Source: Lama guanicoe (Eukaryota). From it: a stretch of 64,000 bases of DNA. Of this stretch, positions 60,951 through 64,000 are shown piece after piece. The position numbers and the translations under genes were made by a program. The notes under the pieces are model-generated. The model did no database searches, was not told the DNA's origin, and saw only the letters and a program-made list of their open reading frames with translations. The stretch spans positions 2,880,943 through 2,944,942 of the forward strand of contig MU053216.1 of assembly GCA_013239625.1 (NCBI GenBank), written 5' to 3'. The stretch's first letter is position 1. The number at the start of each line of letters is the position of its first letter.

Positions 60951-62039
60951 ACCATGGTGGGGTCTCAGCAGGATTTGACCGAGACGATCCCATGACCACG
61001 CCTGAATTCACGTGGGAGACTCCCTGCTTCATTGTCTCGTTGGTCGTTGCCAGCCACAGAGGATTCTCTCGAGCTCCAAGTGGTTTTCACAAGCTCTCCA
61101 CAACCTCCCTGAACCCCGTCCTACATGCGTGACCTCTCACATCCCCCGTGGTAAGGTGCTTCTTTGGCCGAGGGGAGGTGGCATCCTTGGAGCCAAAGTT
61201 GCAGGCCTGGGAGCGTCCCAGGCAGGACGCAGAAGGCGGACGTGGGGACAGGACCTGCTCCAGGGAAAAGGCTGCGCCAGCCACCCCTTTCTCTAGGTCT
61301 GCTCCTCGTCACTTTCTCCCTGACACCTCTCCTTCCTTCTGCTGGGGTTTCCTGAACATTCCGCATGGTCACCAAAGGGTGGTCCCGTGGGTGTTCCTTC
61401 CTTCCCTCTCCCATGTACCCGTAATGGGGGAAGCAGGGTAAAGGAGTGTGTAAGGCAGTCCTAGAAGACACGGAGCCTCGTCAAAGGGCGGCCTGGGGCG
61501 AGGGCGGGAGGAAAGAGGAACGCCACCCTCTCTTTGCCTCCCTGGCGGGCGTTTCTAGCGCGGAGGTCAGGGGCAGTGGCGTGTAGTCTCAGTTCTCTAT
61601 AAAGCACGCTGGGAAACACCCTCTTCTCCCCGATCTCGTGATGCCCTAAGTCCCACAAGAGCAATTTTCACCCGGCCAAGCACAGGGCCCCCAGGGGTTG
61701 CCTCACCGAGGCCTCAGCGAGGTTCCAGCCCAGAGGGGCTCAGCCCCACTTCATCTCAAGGAGTCAGCTCGGCATTCATCTTCCAGCCCAAGCTTACTTG
61801 CTGCTTTCCTCCTTTTTAATGAAGGTAACAAATGGCACAGGGAAGGACAGCCCAGTGGCTGTCAACGATGGACGTCTACCAAAACACTAGGGCGCTTCCA
61901 GCCCACTCCCGGCCACGTCGTGCCGCATATAAGCAATCCAGTCCACGTGCAGAATACCCAGTCTTTCCCAAGCAAATCCACAGGTGTTTGATTGTTAAAC
62001 CTCCTCAGAGGAAGACAGAATATTAAGTAGAGAGAACAT

Positions 62040-62250
62040 TAAAAGCCAGAGTAGGTGTCAAATCCTGGTCCTACCTTGACATTTTAGGAGCCCGATAACT
62101 AGGACAACTCACCTGACTTCCCTGCATCTCAGTTTCTTCATCCCTAAAATGGGCACAGTTGCACTTCCCCCACCGACCTCATGGTGTCCTCGCGAGAGCC
62201 AAGTGAGGCCACACACGCGAAAGCGCTCAGCAGAGTGTCCAGGGCTACGT
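62040..62250 (+). mobile_element. MIR
   Basis: Core tctcagtttcttcatccctaaaatggg plus aaagcgctcagcagagtgtcc. Confidence 0.7.
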
Positions 62251-64000
62251 GTGTATTCTTGTCGGGTCAAAGGCCGCATCACGTTATTAACATCACCCGA
62301 GCGTGCGTCCCGCCCTGCTCTGCGGTGGGGGCCGCTGCGGTTGCCAGTGGCATCATGCAATGTATGGAGTGTAAGTCGATTAATTTCTATCACAAAATGT
62401 ACTGTGGAGGGTTATTGACTTTCCAGAACCTGTAACGTCTAGGCGTATCTAAAATACGTCCAATAAAAGAGCCTTTTCTGTCATGCATGTGCCTTTGATG
62501 AGAGCTTTTCCTAGAAGACCCAGGGTGGAGTCTCACCCTAAGTCTACTGTGTTGACACTAAAATCTAACTCTGAGTGACTTGGTCCCCCCATTACCCTGT
62601 TCCATCCTCACAAAACCAGGCACATCTAATGGCATATGCTATGGTTACAGATTGACAATAAAACAGAGGTCAGCAAACATTCCAGGCACTCAGGGCTGTT
62701 TCCCAGTTTGTCCAACTCAGCCCATTCACCACTGGGCATCTGACAGTTGTCCAAAAGCCAGAAAACCTGGGATACCCACATACTCTTTCCTTTTGTTGTT
62801 TTCTTTCGGTTTATGTCAGTGGTTTTCAAACTTTGGGACTCATGGAATTACTATACACAGTTTTTTTTTCTTTTTGATAAGCCAATTCAATTAAGCCAAA
62901 CTTTACAGGTTTTCAATTGTATCTCAACATGGCAAATCATGGACTTCAGGACTTAAAATGGCTTTTTAAGCTGCAAATCGACCCCAAGACGGCCAGTACG
63001 GCTGCCTACTGCTGACACTGCAGCCTCCTTCACTCGGGCACCCCAGCAACCAGCAGCCACCGTGTATCTGAGCTGTCTGTGTGCCACCATCACGGCAGGC
63101 GTCTTTAGCTGAGCATCTCTGATTCTCACAAAAACAGGAAAAGACGGATATAACAACAGCCATTTACAGAAGAAAAGCCAGAAAGCAGCCCTTTGGAGGT
63201 CACCTGGCTGAAAAACAGTATAAAAACCAAACCCAACCGACACGGATCCAGCGTGCGGCTCCTTCCACCAGGATGTCCCACAGTGATGGCCTGAGAGGGG
63301 ACTGCCCGGTTCAGGAGTCCACTAGACAGGGTCACCGCCACAGCCAAGGCCGTGTGGAGGAAGGCCACTTCCATGCTGTTTTTGGTACGATCTCTGCTTT
63401 GTCCACAGCCCACGATGGCAGCGGCGCTCTCGGGCGCTGCCTCCACCACGGGCAGGTCTCACGTTTGGTCCAGCGTCACCTCGTGCTTTACCTGTGACGC
63501 AGGCGCTGTTTCATCCACGGCGTCTCATGGCGAGGCCACACAGCATGCCCAGGATGACCAGCCTCACCGGGGGCAGAGACTTGGCCCAGTCTCTTGGTCT
63601 TCGGGCGCATTACTCTACACCCGAACAAGCCAGGGTCGAGCCGCTAGGGGTTCAGCCTTCAGGGCAAAGGTGGCTGAAATACAAATGCCTCAGGACCCTC
63701 CAGTGTCTCTTGTCCAAGGGTAGTGACGTTGGGCTGCAGATTTGTTGAAAGGGATTCTGAGACAAAACGCATGATGCACATCCTTGAGTGAAGGATTCCA
63801 ATAAAAATCTGCCCTTTCAGTTGGGACGCGTTCTGAACACTGAGGACCAGAAAATGTCTTTAATGAAAGTGTCTTGCTTTCCTCCAGGCCCTCCCTGGAT
63901 TCCCGTTTAAGACCTTTCATGTTGTCTCTGAACGGTCTATCTGATAATGAGAATTCTTGCCTGATAACAGAGTTGAGCCACGTACTGTCGCTAATTCAAA

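Noticed and set aside
63126..63723. Possible exon or processed pseudogene in the CpG-rich segment near the right end
   Set aside because: No frame translates to a protein I recognise. It does not match ATP6V1G3, the expected upstream neighbour, which I did not find in the window.
89..63920. The ORF-track entries as protein-coding genes
   Set aside because: Short, overlapping in several frames, no recognisable family. Those with real motifs (e.g. 49538-49771, 55302-55733) are decayed L1 ORF2 pieces.

Overview
Mammalian genomic DNA, most likely a camelid: it carries several short tRNA-derived SINEs of the vic-1 type and cetartiodactyl-type L1 3' ends, and I saw no Bov-tA, PRE-1 or Alu. The only gene I can support is the 5' end of PTPRC (CD45) on the minus strand. 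It comprises non-coding exon 1b (~14670-14840), an 82-nt intron, and exon 2 (14472-14587), which encodes the signal peptide MTMYLWLQLLALGVASLDSAVLVT(G). Bases 1-14471 are the start of its long intron 2. Bases ~14.9-64 kb are upstream intergenic DNA rich in L1, L2, MIR, LTR and DNA-transposon relics, including a nested L1 cluster at 42.9-51.0 kb, an orphan CpG island at ~35.9-36.7 kb and a promoter-like element at ~57.4 kb. The supplied ORFs are almost all spurious or repeat-derived. I found no convincing new biological system. The best leads are two uORFs in the PTPRC leader (one stops on the first ATG), a strongly GC-shifted PTPRC 5' end, a six-site GATA cluster in intron 2, a twin-primed L1 inversion, a 22-bp locally templated copy inside an L1, and an internally deleted L1. 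Comparisons to human PTPRC and repeat family names come from memory and need alignment or RepeatMasker confirmation; repeat boundaries are approximate.
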